A DNA stretch of 64,000 bases. Source: Christensenellaceae bacterium Phil10. Its GTDB lineage: Bacteria > Bacillota > Clostridia > Christensenellales > CAG-917. Positions 36,008 through 44,505 of the stretch are shown in pieces. A program made the translations under genes and the position numbers. The stretch spans positions 65,179-129,178 of the forward strand of contig MSGY01000006.1 in the NCBI GenBank assembly GCA_001940895.1, read 5' to 3'. Positions within the stretch are counted from its first letter, which is position 1. Every line of letters starts with the position of its first letter. Below the pieces are notes generated by a model. That model worked only from the letters and a program-made list of their open reading frames with translations, did not search any database and was not told where the DNA came from.

Positions 36008-37309
36008 TCAGATTTTCTTCTCCTTTATTGTTTTTTTGCCAAGGCGTATCGCCTGCGTCAGAGGTCGTCTTGCGGGACAGTTATAAGCGCAACAACCGCA
36101 TTCGATACAATTGAGAACGCCGCGTTTCTTCGCCTCTTCCCAGTCGCCCGAAAGTACGGCGGCTTCGATTTTCATAGGCATAAGATGCATGGGGCATACT
36201 TTGGCGCAACCCGCGCAGTTTATGCACTGCGTCTGCGGCTTTCTGTCGATATCTTTTTCGGTGAGGAACAACAGACTCGAACTGCCCTTAGACGTACAGA
36301 CCCGCATAGAAGGTTGCGCGAATCCCATCATAGGACCGCCCGATATGATTTTCACGTGTTTTTCGACCAGCGATTCGTCGGCGTCGAGCACGTCGTGTAT
36401 ATATTGATAGGAAATGCCGTTTCTGACCCAGAAGTTTCCCTTTTTCGCAATTCCGCTGCCGGATACCGTCATCGCCCTTTTATAGCAAGGCTCGCCGTAT
36501 TTTACGGCGCGGCACGTCGAATAGGCCGTGTGCACGTTGGAAACAACCACTCCTACGTCGGCGGGAAGTCCCCCGCAAGGTACAACCCTTCTCGTAACGG
36601 CGTATATCAACTGTTTTTCTGCTCCTTGCGGATATTTCACCTTACAGGGCGCAACCTTTATTTCGGGCGGACACTCGGCAATCAGTTTTCTGATTGCTTC
36701 CGGTTTGTTTTTTTCGATGCCTATATACGCGTTTTCGGCGCCGAGCGCCTTTTTCAGAAGCAGAACGCCGTCTATGAAATCCTGCGTTTTTTCAATAAGA
36801 AGTCTGTAATCGCAGGTAATATACGGCTCGCATTCCGCGGCGTTTATTATCAGAGTGTCGACGTGATTTTTTGGCGTTAGTTTTACGTGAGTCGGAAAAG
36901 TAGCGCCTCCCATTCCTACAATTCCCGCTTCCTGTATTCTGTGAACTATTTCTTCGGGCGACGGATTTTCAAGCACGGGAAGTAATTCCCGTTCGTATTT
37001 CTCGTCGTTGGCTATGACAACGTGATTGCACGTTCCTCCGGGTGCGGTAGGCAAGGTCATAAAACCCGTAACCGTGCCCGATACCGATGAATAGACGTTT
37101 GCCGAAACAAAACCGCTTGCCTTTCCTATCAGAGTACCCTCTTTAACGTAGTCTCCCACGTTTACTACGGGCTCTGCCGGCGCGCCGATATGTTGCGATA
37201 AAGGAATACATACGGAGACCGGATTAGGAAATTCTTCAAGCGGTTTATCTTCGGTAATTTTTTTACCGTCGGGATGAACCCCGCGTTTGAAAGTGAATAT
37301 CAAAAGCAA
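36008..37309 (-). CDS. rnfC: Rnf complex subunit C
   Basis: 433 aa. FKRGVHP N terminus, GMGGATFPTH, and two CxxCxxCxxxCP clusters. The true start is probably the TTG at 37303, which has better spacing from AGGAGG. Confidence 0.9.
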   Translation of the reverse strand: MLLIFTFKRGVHPDGKKITEDKPLEEFPNPVSVCIPLSQHIGAPAEPVVNVGDYVKEGTLIGKASGFVSANVYSSVSGTVTGFMTLPTAPGGTCNHVVIANDEKYERELLPVLENPSPEEIVHRIQEAGIVGMGGATFPTHVKLTPKNHVDTLIINAAECEPYITCDYRLLIEKTQDFIDGVLLLKKALGAENAYIGIEKNKPEAIRKLIAECPPEIKVAPCKVKYPQGAEKQLIYAVTRRVVPCGGLPADVGVVVSNVHTAYSTCRAVKYGEPCYKRAMTVSGSGIAKKGNFWVRNGISYQYIHDVLDADESLVEKHVKIISGGPMMGFAQPSMRVCTSKGSSSLLFLTEKDIDRKPQTQCINCAGCAKVCPMHLMPMKIEAAVLSGDWEEAKKRGVLNCIECGCCAYNCPARRPLTQAIRLGKKTIKEKKI

Positions 37310-37398
37310 CTCCTCCTATTTAGTAATTCTATGATAACACCTCGTTTGTATGTTGTAAAACTTTTTGGGAAATGTGGTTAAAAGTTAATTTTTTAACA

Positions 37399-37773
37399 TT
37401 ATTTTGCCGATTTCCGCGTAAAAATACTACCGAAAAAGTATACGGCGCCAAGTAAAATCAGAAATCCTCCGAAGGCTTTTTTCAGAATCGCGGCGGATAC
37501 GACGGTCGCTATGAAACTGCCCGCAACGGCAAAAACAAGCGCGGGGACGATAACGTAAAAAATGCGTTTTTTTACAACGTACCCGTTTCTGATATGCACG
37601 ATAAGCGCAAGCGCGCTCATAGGAATAAAAGCAACGAGATTTATAAACTGCGCAGTCTGCTGCGGTACGGAAAGACCTATCGTAAGCAACGGTATCAGAA
37701 GCGTTCCGCCGCCCATTCCCATTCCGCCGAGCAAACCCCCGATTATTCCGAAAATAATATATAAAATGACCAT
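37399..37773 (-). CDS. TauE/SafE-family half-transporter (C-terminal-type half)
   Basis: 124 aa, 4 TM, GGLLGGMGMGGGTLLIPLL motif. Confidence 0.7.
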   Translation of the reverse strand: MVILYIIFGIIGGLLGGMGMGGGTLLIPLLTIGLSVPQQTAQFINLVAFIPMSALALIVHIRNGYVVKKRIFYVIVPALVFAVAGSFIATVVSAAILKKAFGGFLILLGAVYFFGSIFTRKSAK

Positions 37774-37798
37774 TTCGATATTTTAACCGCCGTTTTTG

Positions 37799-38188
37799 TT
37801 ATAATACCATTTTTATTCCCGCAAAAATCATTATGCCGTAGAATATAAAAGAAAGCACTTTGTTCGACAATTTGTTAAGAATCGCAGCGCCCAGAATTCC
37901 CCCCGCTGCGACGCCGGACGCAGTGGCGGGAAACGCGTCTCCGAGAGGCACTCCCCTCAGCGCGTAAACGACGGCGCAAACCGCCGTTACCGGCAATATG
38001 ACGGCTATCGCGCTTGCGTGCGCCTGTTTTTCCTGCATCTTCATAATCGCGCCGAGAGCCGGCACGACGAGCATTCCTCCGCCCCCTCCGAAAAAGCCCG
38101 ACAGAATTCCCGTTACCGCACCCGAAAGAATAAGAAGAACAATCCTCAAAACCTCGCGCGATTTTTTTATTTCAACGTATTTCCGCAT
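37799..38188 (-). CDS. TauE/SafE-family half-transporter (N-terminal-type half)
   Basis: About 129 aa from ATG 38188, 4 TM, SGFFGGGGGMLVVPAL motif. Confidence 0.7.
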   Translation of the reverse strand: MRKYVEIKKSREVLRIVLLILSGAVTGILSGFFGGGGGMLVVPALGAIMKMQEKQAHASAIAVILPVTAVCAVVYALRGVPLGDAFPATASGVAAGGILGAAILNKLSNKVLSFIFYGIMIFAGIKMVL

Positions 38189-38345
38189 ACGAATATTATC
38201 GGAAAACAAGAAAAAATAATTCACGGGAAACGAAAGTAATAAACTTATCGTCGATTTCGATTGCCAAAAAAGGTAATATGGATTATAATGCTAACTGTAC
38301 ATTTTTAATTCACGCGGCACGCCCGCGCGTAATACAGGAGTCGAA

Positions 38346-41300
38346 ATGAACAAACTCAAGCTTAAAAAACTACTCACTTTTCTTATTTGTCTGACGCTTA
38401 TCGCATCGGTGCTTATGCTCGCCGCCTGCAATAAGAACGACGACAATAACGGCAGTTCGGACGACGAGACGAAAGCATCGCCCAGTTTTTCAAACGGCAA
38501 TTTTGCTTCCTACACCGTTCCTTCTACCGATAACGGCTACCCGTATGCTCCCGGAAATTTCAGCGGTTCTCCGACGTCGGACCCCGCGGGTCTTCCCTCT
38601 CTCGACACGATAACCCGCGGCGTTATCAAACTTACCGACTTCGACAAATTCGGTACGTGGTGCACCTTCCCGGCCTTTTCGGCAAACCGTCTCGATAACG
38701 GCGAGGACGACGATTACGACAAAGACGACGCCGTTCTCATGATAAACAATTCCGAGCCTTCTTACTATATGTACAGGTCGGACAGTTTCACCGTATCCGC
38801 AAACAGCAAATATCTTTTGCAGGTCGACGTACGCACTGCGGAAATCGGCGGCGGCGCAAAACGCGGCGCAACGGTAAAAATCAGCAAGAATTATTCAAGC
38901 GGCTACGGCATAGTTCCTACCGAGGGATACGCCTCTTTCGATTCGATTAACGCCGACGAATGGACGACCTATTCCTTCGTTATCGTAACGAGATACAATT
39001 CCTCGTCTTCTCTCGAACTTCAGCTTATGCTGGGCAACGACGCCGCAACCGAGGAATACCTTTCCAGCGGTTTTGCCTTCTTCGATAATATCCGCTTTGA
39101 AAAAATAGTGGAAAACGCCGAGGACGAAAACGACAACACCGTTATTCCCGAAACAAACGTCCAGACGGTCGACCTTTCTGTTCCCAACGCGAACTTCGAT
39201 TACTATACATCAAGCGATTATCCCTTCCTTTACAGCAAAAACGTTACCGACAGCAACAGCAATTACGGCGTGATTAACGTAAACGCCGATAAAAACGAGT
39301 CGGGCAACTATAAATTCGGTTCTTACGAAATCGACGCGTCGGCAATCGACGAGGCGCACGGTAACGCCTACGTCCTTTACAACACGCAGGAAGCGAAAAT
39401 CAGTTTCTACACGAATAACACGCTTTACTTTGTCCGCGGCGGCAAGTACAAGATTTCCGTCGACGTCAATACGAAATTCGTCGAAAGCGGAAAAGCCTTT
39501 ATCTCTCTCGGCGCGGTTAAAGACGTTGCGGACGCAAAGGTTATCGCCGAGATAGGCAAAAACGACGAAGGATGGGCAACTTATACTTTCTACGTATGCG
39601 CGAACGAAAACCTTCCTTCCGAACTTTACTTCCAGTTCGGTCTCGGCAAAGACTCCGACAACAAGGCGAAGGGATATGCGCTTTTCGACAATCTCAGGGT
39701 AACCGAGGCTACCGAAGAGGAAATCGACGGACTTCCTTCCGACAGTCCCGTCTTCTACGACCAGCGCCTTAAAGCATCCGACAACGCGTTCACGGCCGAA
39801 TGGAACAAAGGTTTCGACGGCGATACCATCGGCGAGGTCAAAGCTCAGATTACCGCCGAAAACTTTTCGGACGGCGATTCTCTGCCCTATAAATCCGAAA
39901 TATTTACCGGAAACAAAAAATACTCGTCTTCGGTAAGCACCCTTTATAAAATCAGAAGCGACGCGCTTACTCTCGACCCGTATTCCTACTATCGCTTCAG
40001 CATGTGGATAAAAACCGAAGACGTCCCCGAAAAATCGGGCGTAACGCTTACCGTTTACGACGGCGACCTTTCCCTTAATAAGGACGCGAAGGCCGTTGCG
40101 ACTTATTCCTCGATTATTACCGCGAAAGACCTTGCCGACAGTTCTTCGAGCCTTAACGGGTATCGCGAACTCGTTTGCTATTTCCACACTTCAGACGAAG
40201 CGCAGGCGGTCACCTTCGAATTGTCCTTCGGCTCGGGCAACCGTTTCACGAGCAACACTCTCTTTTCCGGTACGGCATATATAGCCAACACCTCGCTCGT
40301 AAAAACCGAATACTCCAAATTCAACTCGGCGTCCTCTTCGGGCACGTACGAAAAGAAATACGACTGGTATTCTTCGGTAAGCGGCAGCTTCAAAAACGGA
40401 CAGTTCGATTCCTATAACTATACCGAAACCAAATACTTCGACGAAGGCGGCAGAAAAGACGGCGATTCGTTTATCAACTTCGGCGTTCCCTCGAACTGGA
40501 AACTCAAAGGCGAAACTTCGCACGCAACCGCGGGTATCGTAGATATCAACCGCACGGCTCTTCTCTCCAACCTCGGTATAAACAAGAGCGACGTCGGAAT
40601 TTACGACAGCGTTTCCGACCCCCTGAAATACGGTAATTATGCTGGCGGAAGTTCGGTACTCCTCGTTAAATCCGCGGATATTGCGGGTCTTGCAACCGAA
40701 CAGGTTCGCGTGGGATACGTTTCGGACAGTTTCTCGTTAAGCGCCAATAAATACTATCGCATAAGCGTGCTTGTTAAAGTAAAGTCGGGCGAGGCGAGCG
40801 TCTATCTCATGACGGACAACAACCTTTCCGAAACAAACGCGTCCACTAAGTACGAAAACATCAAACCCGAATATACCGGAACGGCAACCGAAACAAACGG
40901 CTGGAAACGCTATACCTTCCTGGTAAAAACGGGATTCTCATCCATTAACGCCACTCTCGGCCTGTATCTCGGCGGAGAGGAAAAGAGCGTTGAGCTTACC
41001 ACCGAAAACACCGTCGAAGCCGCGGAAGGCAAGTACGTTTATATCGACGATAAGTTCGTTCTTTTCGACTCTTCGAAGTCCGAACACACCGCCGAAGGAG
41101 TTAAACGTTACGATTATTCGGGCACCGCAAAAGGCGGCGCGGTAATGTTCGATTACGTCACCATGAACGAAATCGAAGAGGACGATTACGTCAGCCTTTC
41201 CGCAAGCGCTAAAGCCGTTGCGGCCGGCGAACACGAACCCGGTTCCGATTACGAAGTCGTGAAACCCGTTGAAATGAACGTCGACGGTTTCGGCCTTTCC

Positions 41301-42149
41301 GCCTCGCACGAAGTCAGCAACGAAGACGTATATTCTCCCACCGGCTGGACCAGAACAAAAGTCTACAACGACGACAGCGAAGGCCTTTCGAGCGGCGTAA
41401 TCATCGGAAGCGGAGACTACAAGGCTTTTGCGGGCGAAAGCTGCCTCATTATCCCTCACCTGAATTCCGCCGGCGCAACGTATTATACGAGCTCGGCAAA
41501 AACCCTTGCCAAAGACGGATATTATAAGATTTCGGTATTTGCCAAAAACGCGGCGACTCAAGGTAACGGATATATCAAAATTACCGCAACCGGCTATACC
41601 GACGAAAGCAAATACGTAACCGGCGAGCAGACTCAGGTACTTCTTCCCGCAGACGGCGACTGGCACGAGTACGTGTTCTTTATCAAAGCGCCCTCCTCTA
41701 CCGCCGACACTTACAAGGACAACGCAAAAGATTTGTCTCTTAAAATAGTTTTGGGATTCGGCGAAGAAGGCGCGGAAAACTATGCTCAGGGTTATGCGCT
41801 GTTCGATAACGTACTCGTCGAGAAATTCGACGCCACGGCAGAAAACTTCGACCAGAAAGTTGCGGATTTCATGACGGACAACACCTACGTTTCCGTAAGC
41901 AAAGTCGCTTACGACGCAATCGATAAAGAAGAGGAATCCACCCCCGATACCGAACCCGACGAAGAAGACAATTCCGGCGATTCCAAAAATTATAACTGGC
42001 TTATCTTCACCTCGGTTGCATTCGGCGCCATTATCGTAATTGCGGTTGTCGTCTACTTCCTGAAGAAGTATCTGCCCAAACGCAAAGCAACTTCCGACAA
42101 GAAGAAGACCACCAAAAAAGAGGACAAATATAAAGACCTCAACGACTGA
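38346..42149 (+). CDS. Giant surface protein: lipobox N terminus, about 5 CBM4/9-like jelly-roll modules, acidic stalk, C-terminal TM anchor
   Basis: 1267 aa. LAAC lipobox. Module starts contain N(G/A)NF/NGQF. Module ends recur as GFAFFDNIRFEKI, GYALFDNLRVTEA, GYALFDNVLVEKF. The C-terminal TM LIFTSVAFGAIIVIAVVVYF is followed by a K-rich tail. Confidence 0.7.
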   Translation: MNKLKLKKLLTFLICLTLIASVLMLAACNKNDDNNGSSDDETKASPSFSNGNFASYTVPSTDNGYPYAPGNFSGSPTSDPAGLPSLDTITRGVIKLTDFDKFGTWCTFPAFSANRLDNGEDDDYDKDDAVLMINNSEPSYYMYRSDSFTVSANSKYLLQVDVRTAEIGGGAKRGATVKISKNYSSGYGIVPTEGYASFDSINADEWTTYSFVIVTRYNSSSSLELQLMLGNDAATEEYLSSGFAFFDNIRFEKIVENAEDENDNTVIPETNVQTVDLSVPNANFDYYTSSDYPFLYSKNVTDSNSNYGVINVNADKNESGNYKFGSYEIDASAIDEAHGNAYVLYNTQEAKISFYTNNTLYFVRGGKYKISVDVNTKFVESGKAFISLGAVKDVADAKVIAEIGKNDEGWATYTFYVCANENLPSELYFQFGLGKDSDNKAKGYALFDNLRVTEATEEEIDGLPSDSPVFYDQRLKASDNAFTAEWNKGFDGDTIGEVKAQITAENFSDGDSLPYKSEIFTGNKKYSSSVSTLYKIRSDALTLDPYSYYRFSMWIKTEDVPEKSGVTLTVYDGDLSLNKDAKAVATYSSIITAKDLADSSSSLNGYRELVCYFHTSDEAQAVTFELSFGSGNRFTSNTLFSGTAYIANTSLVKTEYSKFNSASSSGTYEKKYDWYSSVSGSFKNGQFDSYNYTETKYFDEGGRKDGDSFINFGVPSNWKLKGETSHATAGIVDINRTALLSNLGINKSDVGIYDSVSDPLKYGNYAGGSSVLLVKSADIAGLATEQVRVGYVSDSFSLSANKYYRISVLVKVKSGEASVYLMTDNNLSETNASTKYENIKPEYTGTATETNGWKRYTFLVKTGFSSINATLGLYLGGEEKSVELTTENTVEAAEGKYVYIDDKFVLFDSSKSEHTAEGVKRYDYSGTAKGGAVMFDYVTMNEIEEDDYVSLSASAKAVAAGEHEPGSDYEVVKPVEMNVDGFGLSASHEVSNEDVYSPTGWTRTKVYNDDSEGLSSGVIIGSGDYKAFAGESCLIIPHLNSAGATYYTSSAKTLAKDGYYKISVFAKNAATQGNGYIKITATGYTDESKYVTGEQTQVLLPADGDWHEYVFFIKAPSSTADTYKDNAKDLSLKIVLGFGEEGAENYAQGYALFDNVLVEKFDATAENFDQKVADFMTDNTYVSVSKVAYDAIDKEEESTPDTEPDEEDNSGDSKNYNWLIFTSVAFGAIIVIAVVVYFLKKYLPKRKATSDKKKTTKKEDKYKDLND

Positions 42150-42162
42150 TAACGTCCTATCG

Positions 42163-42192
42163 AAAACCTCGGCTTCGTGCCGAGGTTTTTTT
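42163..42192 (+). terminator. Terminator after the giant surface protein gene
   Basis: AACCTCGG / CCGAGGTT plus TTTTTT. Confidence 0.75.
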
Positions 42193-42726
42193 GTGCGGTT
42201 TACCGTCCGTCGAATCGCTACGGCCGGATATATTCTTATTGACGCTCGTTATTATTTTCCGACGTTTCGTCCGCAACCGCGTTTTCTCGTTGGCGCATAA
42301 TTCGAAATTTATTTCGGACAACGCGTTATCTCCGTCTCTCGACGACATTTGAAGACGCGCGCTTTCGTGTTGTCAAAACCCGAAGCTCCGAAAACGTTTA
42401 TCTTTCCGAACGTTCGTGGTCGTTGTTTCGTCAGGCATAAAATACCGCATAAAATTTTATTGTCCTGATTATAAAACGGTTTATTAAGCCTGCGACAACC
42501 CGTATCGGCCGCATTTAAACGTTCCTTATCGATACTTGCGTAAAGACGTTTCGTTTTCTCAGAGGCGAACTCGCGGACGACGAAAACCGCCGGTCGCTTT
42601 CGGGCGCGGACAATTTTACGGTCGTAACGCCGTTTGTAAATTGTCCTTTAAAAGCGGACGACGTTAAAGATAAACGACGTTTTATGAAAATAACGGAATT
42701 AAAGCAATGCGTTCCTCTGTCCTCAT

Positions 42727-42756
42727 ATAAAAAAACGCCCCTCCGAAGAGGGGCGC
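42727..42756 (-). terminator. Terminator after the tandem-peptidase lipoprotein gene
   Basis: CGCCCCTC / GAGGGGCG stem with a T-run on the minus strand. Confidence 0.75.
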
Positions 42757-42770
42757 CGGAAAGAACGTTT

Positions 42771-44486
42771 TTACGCTTGTACCGTGGGGTCGTTATCGAA
42801 TACGTTCAATTGCTGATTGTAGGTGAAGCTGCCGTTGAACCATTGATAGTAGAACATCGTTGCGGCCATTGTGTTATAGCCGTCCTGATAATGGTCCCAG
42901 CTGTCGCCGGAGTCGGCAAGGAACAGAACGTCGTCGTACGGGAAATCGGGCGTGCCCATGTCGTCGTATCCGAAAATTACTTCCCAGTGTCCGCCGTGCG
43001 GCCTCCACGAAACGGGCATAGGCGTGCCTTTGGACAGGTTGCCTTTCACCCACGTCGCGAACATGTCGTACGTATAGAAACGCACGGACGTTTCGTCGTC
43101 GACGTATTTTGCCGACGAATTTGAAGTGTAATCGGACGAAGGGAATCCCAGTCCGTCGGTGACGAGTTTTTTAAGACCCGAACCGCCTACGCCCGAATTG
43201 TAAATGACCTTATTGTTGAGCGCCTCGTATTTCTGAACGAGGAATTCTTCGTTCCAGACGCTTATGTCTTTTCCGTAATAGGCAAGCACCGTCATCGTCG
43301 AGCAGATTCCGCAGGACGACGCCATTGTCTGCTGATATCCCCTGTAATTCGTAAGAATCAGTCTTGTGTCCGTACTTTCCATATTGTAGTAATCCACAAA
43401 GGAATGATATCTGCTTGTGGGAATGTCGTACTGGCCGTTCAAGGGAGTGCCCGTGCCGTATTTTGCCGCGTTGCTCGTTCCTCCGTAACTGCCGTCGGGA
43501 TTGCAGATGAGGTAATTGTCGGGACGCGTCTGAACGGCGACTTTTTCTTCCTCTACGCGGTCGTAACGAATTGCGTTGACTTTGGGCGCGACGAGAAGAT
43601 AATCGAATTTGTTCGTGCTTGTGCCGTTGTTATGAGCGTCGAACCACCAGCGATAGAAACGTCCCGATGCCTGTATGGAGTAACCGTCCTGATAATGGTC
43701 TGCGCAGTCGTTGGGGTTAGCCATAATAAGAACGGGGTTTCTCGCCCATTCCGAACCCATCGTATCTATACCGATGATAATTCTCCAGCCGTTGTCGATT
43801 CCGTCTTCGAATCTTACCATTACGAAAAATCCGTTGTCGAGTTTTTCCTTAATCCATTCGTTGAACGACTCAATCCATTCGATTTGCTTCGAGCCCATTT
43901 CGACGTATGCGGTGTTGCGCGCCACGTACCCGTAATGAGTAAACAGATTTTTGAGTCCGTCGGACGTCGTGCCGTTGCCGTAAACCGTCGTGCCGTTAAG
44001 TTCCTCGTATTTTTCGACGAGGGTCTTTTCGGTATACTCGTTCCTTACGTCAAATCCGTCGTGATTCATTATCATAAGCGCGCACGCGAGACCGCTGCTG
44101 TCCTTCATTGTCTGCTGATAAGGCATAAAGTTGGGAACGAGCGTGCGTTCGTCGGTGGACGACATATTATAGAAATCGTTTATGCGCCAGTATCCCGCGT
44201 CGGGTGCGTCGTACTGCCCGTCAAGGGGTGCGCCCGCCCCGTAAAGCGCCTCGTCGAGCGAACCGCCGAAATGGCCGTCGCTGTCGGTTATGAGATGTTT
44301 TTCGGGCAAAACGTCGCTCCTGTCGCACCTGCATTTCTGCGCACAGGCGTCGTCCGTGCAGTCCGACATGCATTTCCCGCACGTAGGACATACGTGTCCG
44401 CATTTATGTTGCGTTTTCCCCGCCGAACAGCCTGCAAGCAGAACTATCGCAAGAATAACGCATATTGTCATTGCGAATTTTTTCAT
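42771..44486 (-). CDS. Lipoprotein with Cys-rich N-terminal segment and two tandem C39-like (YvpB-like) cysteine-peptidase-fold domains
   Basis: 571 aa. LAGC lipobox, then 9 Cys in about 30 aa. YQQTMKDSSGLACALM and YQQTMASSCGICSTM repeats. DHYQDGY occurs in both halves. Confidence 0.6.
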   Translation of the reverse strand: MKKFAMTICVILAIVLLAGCSAGKTQHKCGHVCPTCGKCMSDCTDDACAQKCRCDRSDVLPEKHLITDSDGHFGGSLDEALYGAGAPLDGQYDAPDAGYWRINDFYNMSSTDERTLVPNFMPYQQTMKDSSGLACALMIMNHDGFDVRNEYTEKTLVEKYEELNGTTVYGNGTTSDGLKNLFTHYGYVARNTAYVEMGSKQIEWIESFNEWIKEKLDNGFFVMVRFEDGIDNGWRIIIGIDTMGSEWARNPVLIMANPNDCADHYQDGYSIQASGRFYRWWFDAHNNGTSTNKFDYLLVAPKVNAIRYDRVEEEKVAVQTRPDNYLICNPDGSYGGTSNAAKYGTGTPLNGQYDIPTSRYHSFVDYYNMESTDTRLILTNYRGYQQTMASSCGICSTMTVLAYYGKDISVWNEEFLVQKYEALNNKVIYNSGVGGSGLKKLVTDGLGFPSSDYTSNSSAKYVDDETSVRFYTYDMFATWVKGNLSKGTPMPVSWRPHGGHWEVIFGYDDMGTPDFPYDDVLFLADSGDSWDHYQDGYNTMAATMFYYQWFNGSFTYNQQLNVFDNDPTVQA

Positions 44487-44505
44487 AACTTTCTCCTTTT
44501 ATAAA

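Noticed and set aside
39210-40187. 325-aa minus-strand ORF inside the giant surface protein gene. Similar antisense ORFs occur at 40938..41666, 43404..44504 and 45814..47130.
   Set aside because: All are antisense to long ORFs that have signal peptides, RBSs and internal repeat logic. Their products are R/V/F/G-rich with no start context.
42157-42348. 63-aa minus-strand ORF, and the 146-aa plus-strand ORF 42684..43124, in or near the large intergenic gap.
   Set aside because: The first overlaps the terminator of the giant gene and has no RBS. The second starts in non-coding DNA, crosses a strong terminator and continues antisense into the peptidase gene.
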